Shown piece after piece: positions 1 to 9,319 of a stretch of 64,000 nucleotides of DNA. A program made the position numbers and the translations under genes. The number at the start of each line of letters is the position of its first letter. Position 1 is the first letter of the stretch. Below the pieces are notes generated by a model that was not told where the DNA came from, ran no database searches, and worked only from the letters and a program-made list of their open reading frames with translations. Source of the stretch: Bdellovibrio sp. ZAP7 (lineage in GTDB: Bacteria > Bdellovibrionota_B > Oligoflexia > Oligoflexales > RGVZ01); NCBI GenBank assembly GCA_945900755.1, contig CAMDKS010000013.1, positions 662 through 64,661 of the forward strand, in the 5' to 3' direction.

Positions 1-3000
1 GAACAACAACACCAGCGATATCTATAACTCAAGCCGATTCGACTCATGATGGTTATGTAAGCTCGACAGATTGGAATACGTTTAACAATAAAATATCTTC
101 AACCCGAACGATTACGGCTGGAACTGGACTATCAGGTGGTGGTGATCTTTCTGCGGATAGGACCCTTAGTTTAGGCGTAGCCACTAACACAACCCTCGGC
201 GGAATGAAAGCTACAACCGGAAAAATCACGTTAGATGGTGCTGGAGCAATCACAAATATCGCGGCTGATACAGCGGCTAGTGTCACGGGCACTGTAGCGA
301 TCGCCAACGGTGGTACAGGTCAAATTACTGCTGGTGCGGCACTTACGGCATTATTGCCGACTCAAACAAGTAATAGCGGCAAAGTTCTGACGACTGACGG
401 CACTTCAGCGTCATGGACAACCGCTACAGGAGTTCAAAGTCTTAACGGATTAACTGGCGCTACACAAACGTTTGGAATTAATACTGCTTCAGGAACCGCG
501 CCAGCGTGGGGCTCTGCAACTACTGTTCATACACTCACTATTCCGATGGCGTCAGCTACTAGCGTAACAGCTGGTCTACTTAGCAAAACGGATTACGATA
601 GCTTTGTTGCTAAACTGGATAAAGCCGGCGGCACCATGTCAGGCAGTATCAACATTGGTGGTAATGATTTGACGAATACCGCTAATATTGTACTCGGCAC
701 CGGCAATGCCACCGCAACTCCAGTAGGAGGAACGCTTTCAGCACCTAATGCAACTGGTACAGATATTTCTGGTTCTAATTTGACGTTTGACGCGTCTAAA
801 GGTACTGGAAGTTCTGGATCTGGCGGATTTATCTTTCGTACAACAGCTTCCGGTGGAGCAAGTGGAACTACTGCAAATACACTTGCAGCGTCTATGAAAT
901 TGACTAATGCAGGATATCTTGGGATTGGGACCACGAGTCCCTCGGCAGTATTGCATCTTAAAGCTGGAACTGCGACAGCAAGCACTGCCCCTCTAAAATT
1001 GACATCAGGCACAGTTTTAACAACTCCTGAAGCTGGAGCCATTGAGTATGACGGTACTAGCCTCTATTACACGGACAGCACCGCCACTCGCCAAATGATC
1101 TCAACTTCCTCAGGGGCGACCACCTATACCGGTGCTATCACAATGAGTGCAGCAGGCACAGGTCTTGCCGTCACCAATAATGCGACCATTGGCGGAACCC
1201 TTGCAGTCACAGGAGTCGCCACTCTATCGGGCGGCGCAGCGGTCGGAGCTAACCAAAATTTTGCGATGGCTTCAGGTACCGGAACATTCAACCAAACCTA
1301 TACCGGGACAACCACATCGGCATCGACAATCATTGCCGACTCGGTAACAACAGCCCCCGCTCAACAAATCAGTGCTGATGGTCTAACGAGCGGCAGCATC
1401 ATGTCCCTCAGCTCTACGTCAACAGCCGCCGCTGCCGGCAACACTGGACTCGATATTGGTATTTCTGGTGCTAACGCAACGTCATCCATCACTCGTTACG
1501 GAATGAAGTCCTCAGTCACAGCAACCGGTACCACTTCCACCAACGTCGGGGGCTACTTTACGGCGTCTGGTGCAACTAATAACTATGGACTCATTGTTGA
1601 TAGCGGAAATGTTGGAATTGGGACTACTGCTCCAATCACTAAACTTGAAATTATTGATAATACTAACGGCTCGCTAATAACACGTATTTACAATAGTAAT
1701 AGCGGTTCAGGTGCATACGCAGGATTGCAAACCAGAAGTGATACTGCCGTTGCCAATCTGATGACATTTTCTTCTACCTATGGTGGAAACCTTGCAAATA
1801 CTACGATGCTTTATTCTGGTGGTGCGTGGCCTATTGCCCTCGGGACCAATAGTGCTGAAAGATTTAGAATTGACTCAAATGGCAATATAGGTATCGGTAC
1901 GACATCCCCACTTTACCAGCTACACATGGCAAAAACGACAGGTGATAACGTCCTTTACGTAAGTGCAGGAACGCCAACTACTACTGCAGGAGATTCATAT
2001 TTGATGCTTGCTTCCTCCAGAGCAGATACCGGTGTCGGACATGTCGTTAAAATCCAGTCAGTAGCACCGTCAGTTGGTAAGGCTGATATGGCATTTCTAA
2101 CTCAGCCTTCAAGTGGCGTTTTCACTGAGAGAATGAGGATTGATAATGCGGGCAACGTGGGTATTGGTTACACCAACCCGCTCGACAAGTTGGTGGTCGC
2201 GGCCGACGCTGACGGCAACGCAGTGTTTACCGGCAGGTCTCCCGGCGGAGTTGGGAACAACAATCGATTCAAGCTTTTGGCCTATTCGCATGGCGGCGGA
2301 TCTGGATACGGAGGCGGTTTGAAGATTCAGACCACAACTCCCGCCAATGCTTTCGCGGATCGGCTTACGATCGACTCCTCCGGCAACATCGGGATTGGCA
2401 CCACGTCTCCCACCGCAGTACTCCATCTTAAAGCTGGCACTTCGACTGCAAACACTGCACCACTAAAATTGACATCGGGACCGGTATTAACAACAGCTGA
2501 AGCAGGTGCCCTTGAGTACGACGGTACGAGTCTGTTTTATACCAACGATTCTGCGCAAAGGCTCACAATTGCAACAACAGCGGGTGCCTTAAGCTCCTTA
2601 GCGGTGACAAGTAACGCCACCGTCGGCGGCACACTCGGTGTCACTGGTGCCACGACTTTTAGCGGTGGCGCAACGGTTGCGGCGAATCAGAACTTTGCCA
2701 TGTCATCAGGTACCGGAACATTTACGCAAACATATACTGGCATAACAACGGGCGCACAAACAATTACTGCTAATTCAGTGACTACCGCTTCGGTTGAGTC
2801 AGTAAGCGCAAATGGATTAACAAGTGGAAATATTTTAAATCTTACTTCGACGTCAACAGCCGCCGCCGCAGGTAACACGGGTCTTAACATTGGCATCTCT
2901 GGTGCAAACGGCACTTCTTCTATTACTCGTTACGGGATGCAGTCCGCGGTAACGGCGACAGGTACTTCGTCGACTAACGTCGCAGGATACTTTTCGGCTT

Positions 3001-4256
3001 CTGGCGCAACTAATAATTATGGATTGATCGTAGCTAACGGAAATGTGGGAATCGGCACGACATCTCCAGCGGCTAAGCTTCATGTCGATGGTGATGGGGA
3101 GTTGCTTCGAATTGGTGACAGCGCTCTCACAGATAAATACATCACGTTCCGAGATACCTTGCAGGGAGTCATGTTTGGACTTGATGCTGATCTGGGCGGA
3201 CTACTAGGTGCTGCGTTGATTCAGGCAGGTACCAACAAAGGTTTCGGAGTTACGGTCGGCACTTCGACGTTTGGCACAGGCACGCCATCGTTTTATATTG
3301 ATAAACTCGGGGCCGTCGGTATCGGCACGACATCACCAGATTACTTGCTAGATGTCACTGCCAGCACGACCGGCGGAACTGTCATTCAGGTCAAAAATCC
3401 TACCGCCGGTACGGGAAACTACGCAGACTTAAGGGTGGGGACCGATGCTGGGACCCTTGATATTGTGACTACATCCAGCACATGGACCACGAATGGCTGG
3501 AACGTCCAGGCCGGAACTTCGATTGGTGCAAACGGTCTTGGCGGGCTAAGCATTGGAGCGAGCAATTCCGTGGGTATCCTGCGCTTCTATACGGGTGGTA
3601 GTGCGGACACCAACGAGCGTATGCGGGTCGACGCTAGCGGCAACGTAGGTATCGGCACGACGAGTCCATCCGCAATGGTGCACGTGTTGAGTAGCGATAG
3701 CGCTACGGCGGCGTTAGAAGGTGGTTCAGGAAATTCACGATTAAATTTTCGCAACACGGCCACCGGATCTGTCGGCACCGATGGCTCTTTTCTTGGTATT
3801 ACGTCCACTGGCAACACGCAGCTTTGGAACTATGAAAATGCTTTTATCCAAATAGCGACTAACGACACTGAACGCGTCCGCATTGACCCTGCGGGCAACG
3901 TCGGTATCGGGACGACAACTCCAGGACAAAAGCTCGACGTTGCTGGGTCAATCACGGCCGCGATGAACTCTGTGACCTTTAGCGCGACGCCGACATTCAA
4001 TGCGGCCCTTGGCAATACCCAAAAAATCACCTTAACAGGTAACGTCACTAGTTCGACCTTGTCTAACGCAACGGCGGGGCAAATGCTGTATTTCATCATC
4101 TGCCAAGACGCGACGGGGTCACGCACATTCGCTTGGCCGGCCAATGTCAAAAATGGAATGACTATTGGGACAACACTTAGCAAATGCAATGCTCAAAATT
4201 TTATCTTTGACGGAACCAATGCGTATGCCCTAGGGCCAGGATCAACTAACATGTAA
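1..4256 (+). CDS. Large tail-fibre-like trimeric adhesin (Bdellovibrio MAT-like), 5'-truncated by the window edge
   Basis: The frame is open from position 3 (TTTPAISITQADSTHDGYVSSTDWNTFNNK...), upstream of the ORF-track Met at 204. Thr/Gly/Ser/Ala-rich, with nine G(N/Y/A)(V/I/L)GIG(T/Y)T junction motifs, often preceded by ERMRID-like motifs. Confidence 0.8.
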   Translation, partial: TTTPAISITQADSTHDGYVSSTDWNTFNNKISSTRTITAGTGLSGGGDLSADRTLSLGVATNTTLGGMKATTGKITLDGAGAITNIAADTAASVTGTVAIANGGTGQITAGAALTALLPTQTSNSGKVLTTDGTSASWTTATGVQSLNGLTGATQTFGINTASGTAPAWGSATTVHTLTIPMASATSVTAGLLSKTDYDSFVAKLDKAGGTMSGSINIGGNDLTNTANIVLGTGNATATPVGGTLSAPNATGTDISGSNLTFDASKGTGSSGSGGFIFRTTASGGASGTTANTLAASMKLTNAGYLGIGTTSPSAVLHLKAGTATASTAPLKLTSGTVLTTPEAGAIEYDGTSLYYTDSTATRQMISTSSGATTYTGAITMSAAGTGLAVTNNATIGGTLAVTGVATLSGGAAVGANQNFAMASGTGTFNQTYTGTTTSASTIIADSVTTAPAQQISADGLTSGSIMSLSSTSTAAAAGNTGLDIGISGANATSSITRYGMKSSVTATGTTSTNVGGYFTASGATNNYGLIVDSGNVGIGTTAPITKLEIIDNTNGSLITRIYNSNSGSGAYAGLQTRSDTAVANLMTFSSTYGGNLANTTMLYSGGAWPIALGTNSAERFRIDSNGNIGIGTTSPLYQLHMAKTTGDNVLYVSAGTPTTTAGDSYLMLASSRADTGVGHVVKIQSVAPSVGKADMAFLTQPSSGVFTERMRIDNAGNVGIGYTNPLDKLVVAADADGNAVFTGRSPGGVGNNNRFKLLAYSHGGGSGYGGGLKIQTTTPANAFADRLTIDSSGNIGIGTTSPTAVLHLKAGTSTANTAPLKLTSGPVLTTAEAGALEYDGTSLFYTNDSAQRLTIATTAGALSSLAVTSNATVGGTLGVTGATTFSGGATVAANQNFAMSSGTGTFTQTYTGITTGAQTITANSVTTASVESVSANGLTSGNILNLTSTSTAAAAGNTGLNIGISGANGTSSITRYGMQSAVTATGTSSTNVAGYFSASGATNNYGLIVANGNVGIGTTSPAAKLHVDGDGELLRIGDSALTDKYITFRDTLQGVMFGLDADLGGLLGAALIQAGTNKGFGVTVGTSTFGTGTPSFYIDKLGAVGIGTTSPDYLLDVTASTTGGTVIQVKNPTAGTGNYADLRVGTDAGTLDIVTTSSTWTTNGWNVQAGTSIGANGLGGLSIGASNSVGILRFYTGGSADTNERMRVDASGNVGIGTTSPSAMVHVLSSDSATAALEGGSGNSRLNFRNTATGSVGTDGSFLGITSTGNTQLWNYENAFIQIATNDTERVRIDPAGNVGIGTTTPGQKLDVAGSITAAMNSVTFSATPTFNAALGNTQKITLTGNVTSSTLSNATAGQMLYFIICQDATGSRTFAWPANVKNGMTIGTTLSKCNAQNFIFDGTNAYALGPGSTNM
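912..3062 (+). repeat. Diverged internal duplication of ~230 aa in the fibre gene (912-1628 vs 2382-3062)
   Basis: Both copies read AVLHLKAGT..TAPLKLTSG..EAGA.EYDGTSL...ANQNFAM.SGTGTF...STAAAAGNTGL.IGISGAN.TSSITRYGM...ASGATNNYGLIV, with many synonymous differences. Confidence 0.9.
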
Positions 4257-4285
4257 TGGTCGTCTGGCTCCGGCGAAAATAATAT

Positions 4286-6142
4286 CTAATGACCAACTTT
4301 TTCATTCTTGGATTTTTTATCTTTTAAATTTTCACTTTTCGAATTGCTTTGGCTATGTGTGTTTTTAGCTTCAGTGACTCCTGAAGAACCACTCGCTTTA
4401 CTGTCGCCGGACTGTGCGACTGGCGGATCTGTTTGAGGAATACTGCTTTCAGCGGCCCAGCTAAAGTTTGCGTCTGCGGTGTAGACATTCGTCACCTTTA
4501 TGATTTTACCATTTGTGTCGTAGACTGTATTTGCGATAGGGCCGATCTCGTTGGCTTCTGATTTTTGCACTCCGCCAGTGACAGCCTCAGAGGACACTTC
4601 CTCAACTCGCCCTGCATAGTCAGTCGTGCGGCGAAATTCTTTGACAGGTTGATTGAGGTTATTAATTGTCTTCTTGATGATTTCCGATCCACCAGATTTG
4701 TCTTTTTGCTCTGATTGAGTCGTGGATGTTTGCAGATTCGAGGTGATGGTGGTTTGGCTGAAGCCTTGGTCAATATTTCGCGTGCCGATATTGCCAACAG
4801 AATCATAGACGACAGAAATATCCTTGGTTTGTTTATTGGTGGTTTCCTCGACCTGATGAATGGGCCTTCCGAGATCGTCAAATTTATCGATGGCAATAGT
4901 ATGCGTGGACTCCGGGCCAACGTCTTTTTGGTTTGTCGCGCGGCCTTTGTTATCGTAAACATACGTTGTCGTTGTCGGACCAGCGTTAAACGTTAAAATT
5001 TGCCCGAATTGATTAAATTCCGTTTTGTTAATTTGTTTAGTTGTTCCCGCTATGTGATTCAGTACGGCCACTGCATGGCCATAACTATCAAATTCAAAAG
5101 ATGTTTTTCGGCCATTAGCATCTTCAACGGAAAGGATTCTTCCGTAATCATCTCGAACAAATGTTTGATTTTCGATTGGCGAAGCTCGGTGCACTAGCCG
5201 ATTGTTCTGAAATTGAGCCGTGTATTGCATGCGGCCAGTTTTGCTATCTTTCACTAATACTTGACCATTGCCGCCAGTTAAATTGCTTTCAAGGGCGATC
5301 CCGAAACCGTTGTTTAAGGCGGTTTTGAGAAGGCCGTTTTGATAGGTGAATTCTAATTTTTTGTCACCAAAAATAATTGCTGTTACCAAATTCGGATTCT
5401 CTGACGTTCCACGAATTAAGTATAAAGTTGGTTTTTGACCTTCGCTTACTTGAATCGATTTTTCAGAGGATTCTATCACAAACATTCTTTGGCTGTTCGC
5501 CATTTCGATTTTGGTGGGCATTCCTTTGTCGTCGTAACTGACGTTTATAGTGTTAAGGGGGTCTTGCCGTGATTCTAATAGGCCATTGCTATTGTATTTG
5601 AAGGTGGTAGATAAGTGTGTTTTGGGGTCAATAGACTTCGTCATGCGCATGTTTTTGTCATAGGTTCTATAAACATCAGTACCATGCCCATCGAGGAATC
5701 CCGTAAAAGTCTCATCAGAGTTTTTAACCACTTCGCGCAAGCCATTTATGGCATTTACGGCCACAAAACGGGCGTCAGATTCCTTGACTAAGAATTGTTC
5801 AGGGCCCGTGCCATCTGAAACAATCATATTGTTGTCATTGGTGTAACGTAATCTTTGAGGTTGGCGCGCCTCTACTAAATTTTCATTTGGTTTTTTTGAG
5901 CTGTTGTAAACTAAAATATCTAAATCACAAGTAATGCTGCTTGTGCGCAGCGTGATAATACAGGGCGCAAAATCAATACTACCGCCGTCCTCGCCCGATA
6001 TTCCTGCGGTTTGAATATTTTGAAGCATGCTAGCAGCGATGGTTGGAGATATTTTTCCTATCGTTGTTTTCTGACCTGCGCCCCGAGTAAACCATTGGCA
6101 ACTGGAAGTGAAGGCTACAAGTCCAAAAATTAATAATTTCAT
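4286..6142 (-). CDS. YD/Rhs-repeat putative lipoprotein
   Basis: Short signal ending in Cys (MKLLIFGLVAFTSSC). Repeats YDKNMR, YNSNGLL, YDDKG, RDDYGRI, FDSYG, YDNKGR, FDDLGR, YDSVGN. Low-complexity Ser/Lys tail. Confidence 0.7.
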   Translation of the reverse strand: MKLLIFGLVAFTSSCQWFTRGAGQKTTIGKISPTIAASMLQNIQTAGISGEDGGSIDFAPCIITLRTSSITCDLDILVYNSSKKPNENLVEARQPQRLRYTNDNNMIVSDGTGPEQFLVKESDARFVAVNAINGLREVVKNSDETFTGFLDGHGTDVYRTYDKNMRMTKSIDPKTHLSTTFKYNSNGLLESRQDPLNTINVSYDDKGMPTKIEMANSQRMFVIESSEKSIQVSEGQKPTLYLIRGTSENPNLVTAIIFGDKKLEFTYQNGLLKTALNNGFGIALESNLTGGNGQVLVKDSKTGRMQYTAQFQNNRLVHRASPIENQTFVRDDYGRILSVEDANGRKTSFEFDSYGHAVAVLNHIAGTTKQINKTEFNQFGQILTFNAGPTTTTYVYDNKGRATNQKDVGPESTHTIAIDKFDDLGRPIHQVEETTNKQTKDISVVYDSVGNIGTRNIDQGFSQTTITSNLQTSTTQSEQKDKSGGSEIIKKTINNLNQPVKEFRRTTDYAGRVEEVSSEAVTGGVQKSEANEIGPIANTVYDTNGKIIKVTNVYTADANFSWAAESSIPQTDPPVAQSGDSKASGSSGVTEAKNTHSQSNSKSENLKDKKSKNEKVGH

Positions 6143-6470
6143 TTAAACGTCCTCAGTTAGATGATGAATATATTTCGAGTACTAATTAAATTTTTGCGCC
6201 GTACGTAATATGAATATAATATAATATTATTGCGGCAATATCTATAGCGTCCCGGAAAAAGGCAAATAGAGTTTTTAGCACCCATCTGCGTCAGCCCTCT
6301 GTGTCAAAAAGGATGAGACAGATATGTGAACAATCAGAAAGTCTGGTGGAGCAAGGCCAACGCTATGATTTGAAACGACTTCTGTCGTTCATTGTATTTG
6401 ATATTAGGTCGCTCCTATCTTGCGACTTTCGCCCCCTTCCTGGCAATAGGATATCGGCCATTGCTAGATT

Positions 6471-7005
6471 TCAATTTATATCCGACAACGACGCAAGGAA
6501 AAGCATGTAACCGTTTTCAATAAAAGTCTTTGAATAGCCTGCCAGCGGGAAACCAATATCAGTAGCCAGAATTTCGCCATTTATGACGCTGGTAATATCT
6601 TTCAACATCGCTTGGTGACGCGACGCTAGAAGAGTGTTGTATTTCGACAACGAGTTCTCATACACTGATCGCGCATACAATGTAAAACGGCGTGCATGGA
6701 TACTGAGCTCTAAAAGTGTCAAATACTGGACCTGTCAATTTTTTGTTTTCGACTATGCGCAAAACTCTGGCCAGAGAATAGAGAAACTGCGACGTGTAAA
6801 GTACAACCTCATCGCCTTTATTTACATAGGTCCGATCAACCCAAAGGAGTTTTCCATCCGCACGTTTCGTCAAAAATCCGTAAGCTTTGTTAAATTCAGC
6901 GACTATGTTCTCGAGTATATAAGTTTGATTGCAACGATCTGCGAACTCTACAAGAGACGCGGTACTCAGTTGCGCATTATAGTTTTGACAAAGTACCCCA
7001 TACAA
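6471..7005 (-). pseudogene. Possible fragmented gene remnant (two overlapping ORFs in different frames)
   Basis: 6658..7005 and 6471..6722 both have protein-like composition and overlap by 65 bp. Neither has an ATG or RBS. No family recognised. Confidence 0.3.
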
Positions 7006-7049
7006 ACGTAAATGGGCACGTGCTCAGCCAGTCCCGACTTCCTGTACAC

Positions 7050-7385
7050 CTAGGATTCGCCCCCAGGTGAGGACTTCAGCCATGCGACCATCAATTGTTT
7101 AATGATCCTTTGATAAGGTGTTTTTTCTCGTTCGGCCTTAAATTTGAAGGCAGCAAGCAGAGGTTCAGGAATTTTGATACTGATTAACTTGCTTTTGTGT
7201 TGAGCCCGGGGATCGGTCAGTTGGCGAAAATTCTCCAAAAATTCCACGATCGCGGAAACATCCTCAACATCGTGTTGGACTATTTGTGAATTGCTGGCTA
7301 ATTGCAAGGGGCGGCTGTTCCCAGCATTTTTTTTCTCACGTGACGCAGACCGATCACTAACGAGGATTTTAGGTATCTTCTTCAT
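7050..7385 (-). CDS. CopG/BrnA-like ribbon-helix-helix antitoxin-type protein
   Basis: C-terminal SKLISIKIPEPLLAAFKFKAEREKTPYQRIIKQLMVAWL fits the RHH strand-helix-helix pattern with the PYQ motif. ATGA overlap with the upstream gene. Confidence 0.7.
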   Translation of the reverse strand: MKKIPKILVSDRSASREKKNAGNSRPLQLASNSQIVQHDVEDVSAIVEFLENFRQLTDPRAQHKSKLISIKIPEPLLAAFKFKAEREKTPYQRIIKQLMVAWLKSSPGGES

Positions 7386-7849
7386 TTTTGAAGGGCCTTC
7401 AATACTTTAACGTCCTCTAAATCCTGTGGTCGTCCCGCATCCATCTTCATTTTAATCAAGTCCTCGATGCTCAATACATTGATTTTCCCTAGGCCAAATT
7501 TCTTGGTGACGCTTTTCATGCGGCTCAGGTCGTGCGTAATGATCACATCCAACACCTCCAATGGATTTGTCGGATTGTAAAAACTCCAAGCAATGAGATT
7601 TCTTTTAGCGATATATTCTTCTTTAAAATGAAAAATCTCTTTTGCGGTAACAGGAAGGCGCGGGCTGAAGCCTAGATCCTTCATGCATTGCTCCACCGAT
7701 TTAAAAAAGTCCTCCGAATGCCTGACAACGATATCAATGTCCACCGTACCCCTTGGGGCGCCATGGAGCGCAACCGCATACCCCCCAACGAGAGCGTATG
7801 GAATTTTTCGTGCCGTGAAGCCTGTGACAATTCGTTCTAGGAAATTCAT
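7382..7849 (-). CDS. Nucleotidyltransferase (DUF6036/AbiEii-like pol-beta fold)
   Basis: YALVGGYAVALHGAPRGTVDIDIVV (GG...DxD) and C-terminal LIKMK..GRPQDLED. Start set at ATG 7849 after a GGAGG RBS. Confidence 0.75.
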   Translation of the reverse strand: MNFLERIVTGFTARKIPYALVGGYAVALHGAPRGTVDIDIVVRHSEDFFKSVEQCMKDLGFSPRLPVTAKEIFHFKEEYIAKRNLIAWSFYNPTNPLEVLDVIITHDLSRMKSVTKKFGLGKINVLSIEDLIKMKMDAGRPQDLEDVKVLKALQK

Positions 7850-7871
7850 AGATTCATGGCCTCCCAGCGTT

Positions 7872-7910
7872 AGTATATACCAGTATATACCATGTGCCAT
7901 CAAAGTACAA
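7872..7910 (-). promoter_or_regulatory. Sigma70 promoter of the NTase-RHH pair with a tandem palindromic operator
   Basis: Minus strand TTGTAC(7910-7905)-N17-TATACT(7887-7882). AGTATATACC occurs twice in tandem (7872-7891); each copy contains the palindrome GTATATAC and they overlap the -10/TSS. Confidence 0.65.
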
Positions 7911-8100
7911 TAGTATTTTGAATGGGCATTTTCACAAATGCCCAAGCTCCCCATAGAGTGTTTTCCCATGCAACCTCCGAAGATTGGGAGATCGCTGTGC
8001 GTCCAACTCGAAAGACGATTCTTTGCTTTTCCGGCTCCTCAAAAATATTTTAGGTGCTCTCAAAATTCCCAGCGCATCGTCTCAAATGAACTCAATGTCA

Positions 8101-8967
8101 TCAAAAATCAAATTCAGGCACATCACCGGTTTCAATGACGTTGAATTTTGAATCAACGGTCCGCCAAACATAAATTGAACCTTCTGGACATTCGCCTACC
8201 CACATCCTGATTTCGTGGTCATAATAGCAACCATCACCAGTATAAACCGCTGGCGCCGTGATATAAATTTTAAAGCCAAATATCGTTGAATCTTGCACCA
8301 AGAGATGCACCTCCTCCGGCTTTGCACCCGTCATCAACCCTACTTCACCTTCAAGGATGGTGTCGCCCCAAAGAATCTCCTCTTCATCCACAACATTTTG
8401 GATCGAGGTTTTGAATGCCTCAATGTCAGGAATCAAATTTCCTGCGTCGTTGATACTAACCGAACGAACACTCGGGTTGGTCTCGACGTCAAGAAACAAT
8501 TTCTTGGAATTGTCACCAAGACAGTCAAACTCTTTAAGACTCGACTCACTCCCAAAAATATTTTGCACCCCCGCGAGAATTTCGAGGTCTGCGACTAATA
8601 GCTCTACAAATTTATTGAGTAGTGGCTCGCTACCCAAAAGAGCCAAAACATTGCGTCCTGACGTTTCAAAGTTGCTGCGCAATTCAGGCTGAACGAAAAC
8701 AAGTCCTTTCGTCAAGCCAAACATTGTCCTTGCCTCCTCAACTAGCGCTGTTGCAGAACTCACCGCTACTTTTACGGACTCAGTGCGCCTTCGTGTCGAA
8801 CGTGAAAACTTATCCAGTGCAGGCGCAAACTTCGCCATGACCGGCAAAGCGCTGGTGCAGCTGACCGGATTCTCGGAAGCCAATGAATGGGTCTGGGCAG
8901 CTTGGGCCAACCCACAAGTAAAGTTTAAAACCACACAAATGACGATGGCTACCGAACGACTGCTCAT
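8101..8967 (-). CDS. Hypothetical secreted protein
   Basis: 288 aa ORF, GGAGG RBS, signal peptide ending LAQA, acidic C-terminal half. Confidence 0.6.
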   Translation of the reverse strand: MSSRSVAIVICVVLNFTCGLAQAAQTHSLASENPVSCTSALPVMAKFAPALDKFSRSTRRRTESVKVAVSSATALVEEARTMFGLTKGLVFVQPELRSNFETSGRNVLALLGSEPLLNKFVELLVADLEILAGVQNIFGSESSLKEFDCLGDNSKKLFLDVETNPSVRSVSINDAGNLIPDIEAFKTSIQNVVDEEEILWGDTILEGEVGLMTGAKPEEVHLLVQDSTIFGFKIYITAPAVYTGDGCYYDHEIRMWVGECPEGSIYVWRTVDSKFNVIETGDVPEFDF

Positions 8968-9146
8968 GATTCATACCCTCCGTTGATTGTTTACGACAAT
9001 ACCCTCGAACCCTCAAATCCGAGGTGTAATGTATTTGCGTATCCGTGTCCACAACAAAACGATTAATTTTAAGGCAAAATTGCTTCTGCTCCGGCCGGAA
9101 ACTAAACACGGACAATATAGATTAACAAACCAATCAAAAGTGAGGT

Positions 9147-9191
9147 GTACTACCGCCTTATTAAGCTAATGGCTTAATAAGGCGGTAGTAC
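9147..9191. repeat. Perfect 20-bp inverted repeat with 5-nt spacer
   Basis: GTACTACCGCCTTATTAAGC-taatg-GCTTAATAAGGCGGTAGTAC; intergenic, no U-tract on either side. Confidence 0.9.
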
Positions 9192-9265
9192 GGACGTCAA
9201 TCAGCGCACGCTAAAATATCGAGATTGCTCATTGAGATAGAAAGTCAGAATTCCTATATTCGCCG

Positions 9266-9312
9266 AGATCCTTCGCTGCGCTAAGGATACGCGCCTGGCG
9301 CTTTCGCGCCAG
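9266..9312. repeat. REP-like hairpin pair downstream of the carbonic anhydrase gene
   Basis: ATCCTT-cgctgcgct-AAGGAT (9268-9288) followed by CTGGCGC-tttc-GCGCCAG (9295-9312). Confidence 0.5.
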
Positions 9313-9319
9313 AGACTAA

